DNA of 62,438 nt, filler included, from an uncultured bacterium (GTDB taxonomy: Bacteria > Hinthialibacterota > Hinthialibacteria > Hinthialibacterales > Hinthialibacteraceae), in assembly GCA_964449065.1 (NCBI GenBank). It is 17 parts of 17 records of this genome, joined end to end, with 100 filler letters (N's around TTAATTAATTAA, not from the genome) between each part and the next. Parts side by side here need not be neighbours in the genome. Positions count along the whole stretch, not along the records: positions 58,940 to 62,438 come from CAYVAZ010000452.1; 16 more parts are not named here. One strand, given 5' to 3'. Numbering within the stretch: the stretch's first letter is position 1; each line of letters starts with the position of its first letter. This document shows, piece by piece, positions 60,929-62,438 of this stretch. Position numbers and translations under genes: made by a program. The notes below the pieces were generated by a model. The model searched no databases, was not told the DNA's origin, and saw nothing but the letters and a program-made list of their open reading frames with translations.

Positions 60929-62438
60929 ATGATGAAGCGTTTTTTGATCGTATTTTTGGGGATTGTAGTGATAGCGGCTGTAAGCGGGAACGAACTGCGG
61001 GCACAGAATATTCCATTGAATGAGTTGCCGGAAGAAATTGAGCACAGACTAGAGCGTGCCGTAGAGGGCACAGGGTTTGAAGTGCGCAATGTGCAAAAAG
61101 GGCAGCAAGACGGTACAGTCTATTACCGGGGCACCGCGCGAAACAGCCGAAACGACCGGTTGAATATCATTCTGAACGAAGAGGGCGGATTGATCGATCG
61201 GTATCAAGAAGACGCGTTTCGCATAAAGGACGGACGGTTGTATTATGAGCGCAGCCCGTTTCGGATTCAAACAATTTTAACTTCGTATGCATGTGATCCG
61301 GATTTGGAAATGAAAGGCATCGTCAGCGCGGTGAGTGCGGTTTCGAAAGTGGGCTGCAACACGATTGCAGGGGATTTGCACGGCTGGAACGCGGACGGCA
61401 CCGCGATCAGTGATGAGTCCGTTGAGTTTATTAATTACGTCATCGGGCGCTTGGGTGGATCCGGCGGTATCAAACTGATCATCCGCGTTTTGGGAGAAGG
61501 CTCACCGAAATCGCCGGAAGGGCGCTTGAATGCGGTTACGACGGCGGCGGAAACGTTTAAGCATTATCCCAACTTGATCTATGTAATTGATGGAAAAGAT
61601 TCATTGACCTTGGCGCGGACCTTTAAGAGCATTGCGCCGAATTTGGTGGTGGCCTCACCGGCAGGCGGTGACATTGGTTTTGTTGCCAGCGAAAAAGAAA
61701 TCTTCATGAACAAGTATTTAAACAAGCCGGATATGTATTTCCAAACCATGCCGGACGCGGAAGACACCGGCGCGCATATTATTTTGGCGGATGAAGAGAA
61801 AAGTTACGCGTGGTTTGATCGCAAGAACGCGTATCCCATTGAGTTTGAACCCTGGGAACCGGACAATTCGGTGTTATCCGAAGAAGAGCGTGCCGCCGGG
61901 TTTATTTCTTTATTTAATAAAAGAAACTTAGACGGCTGGACGGTCATGGGACGCAACAAAAGCGGCTTTCAAGTGATAGACGGCGTGATTGAATATGTGG
62001 AACGGGGCGGCGGAGGGCTGCAAACCCGCGACCGCTATGATCATTTTATCTTGCGCTATGAATATAAAATAGGCGAAGGCGCGAACAATGGCGTTCACCT
62101 GCGGGCGCCGCGCAGCAACCGGGCATCAAAGATCGGGTTTGAAATTCAAATGTATGGTGATTATGGCAGAGAACCCAACAAAAACAGCACGGGAGCGGTG
62201 TATGATGTGGTGGCTCCAACATTAAATCCATCCAAACCGGCGGGCGAGTGGAACACGGTGGAGATCATCGCGGCAGGGCCGTTTTTGCGGGTGACGATGA
62301 ACGGCCAGTTGGTGCAGAACCTGAACTTTAATGAGATCGAAGAATTGAAATACCGCCTGCGCGACGGGTTTTTCCGCATTACGGATCACAATGATTATGT
62401 GGCATACCGGAATATCCGCATTAAGCGGCTGGATGGAT
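60929..62438 (+). CDS. Secreted protein with C-terminal DUF1080 (3-keto-disaccharide hydrolase) domain; stop lies beyond window (alternative start 60851)
   Basis: Manual translation: signal peptide; GFISLFNKRNLDGW, NNGVHLR, GFEIQM, GEWNTVEI, VAYRNIRIK. Confidence 0.85.
   Translation, partial: MMKRFLIVFLGIVVIAAVSGNELRAQNIPLNELPEEIEHRLERAVEGTGFEVRNVQKGQQDGTVYYRGTARNSRNDRLNIILNEEGGLIDRYQEDAFRIKDGRLYYERSPFRIQTILTSYACDPDLEMKGIVSAVSAVSKVGCNTIAGDLHGWNADGTAISDESVEFINYVIGRLGGSGGIKLIIRVLGEGSPKSPEGRLNAVTTAAETFKHYPNLIYVIDGKDSLTLARTFKSIAPNLVVASPAGGDIGFVASEKEIFMNKYLNKPDMYFQTMPDAEDTGAHIILADEEKSYAWFDRKNAYPIEFEPWEPDNSVLSEEERAAGFISLFNKRNLDGWTVMGRNKSGFQVIDGVIEYVERGGGGLQTRDRYDHFILRYEYKIGEGANNGVHLRAPRSNRASKIGFEIQMYGDYGREPNKNSTGAVYDVVAPTLNPSKPAGEWNTVEIIAAGPFLRVTMNGQLVQNLNFNEIEELKYRLRDGFFRITDHNDYVAYRNIRIKRLDG

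Noticed and set aside
1..62438. rRNA, tRNA, cas genes, integron integrase
   Set aside because: None recognised in this window by inspection

Overview
The window is not one locus. It is 17 short contigs (about 3.5-3.7 kb each, in decreasing length) joined by 100-bp N-TTAATTAATTAA-N linkers, which points to a fragmented metagenome-assembled bin. Contigs: 1-3662, 3763-7412, 7513-11158, 11259-14900, 15001-18636, 18737-22364, 22465-26075, 26176-29780, 29881-33431, 33532-37081, 37182-40726, 40827-44360, 44461-47982, 48083-51603, 51704-55223, 55324-58839, 58940-62438. Most contigs share several MITE/REP families and carry housekeeping or sugar genes (xylB, pyk, dtd, hcp, Gfo/Idh/MocA, MoxR-DUF58, ABC, BlaI/BlaR1, ECF sigma) plus many toxin-antitoxin modules. 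A few contigs lack these repeats, differ in composition and may be foreign. Main highlights: (i) an integron cassette array with five attC sites (complete ones 145-151 bp) with atypical cores, carrying two TA cassettes, an uncharacterised two-gene membrane cassette and a tandem-repeat cassette; (ii) an IS1380 whose end sits inside a CRISPR repeat; (iii) a second, type I-G-like CRISPR array; (iv) a four-helix-bundle gene enclosed by complementary 7-mer arrays and knocked out by a 99-bp mini-element; (v) unrelated secreted proteins sharing a C-terminal VxxWxL[FY] motif, a candidate sorting signal; (vi) nested MITEs with clean target-site duplications; (vii) an IS21 joining two different broken genes.
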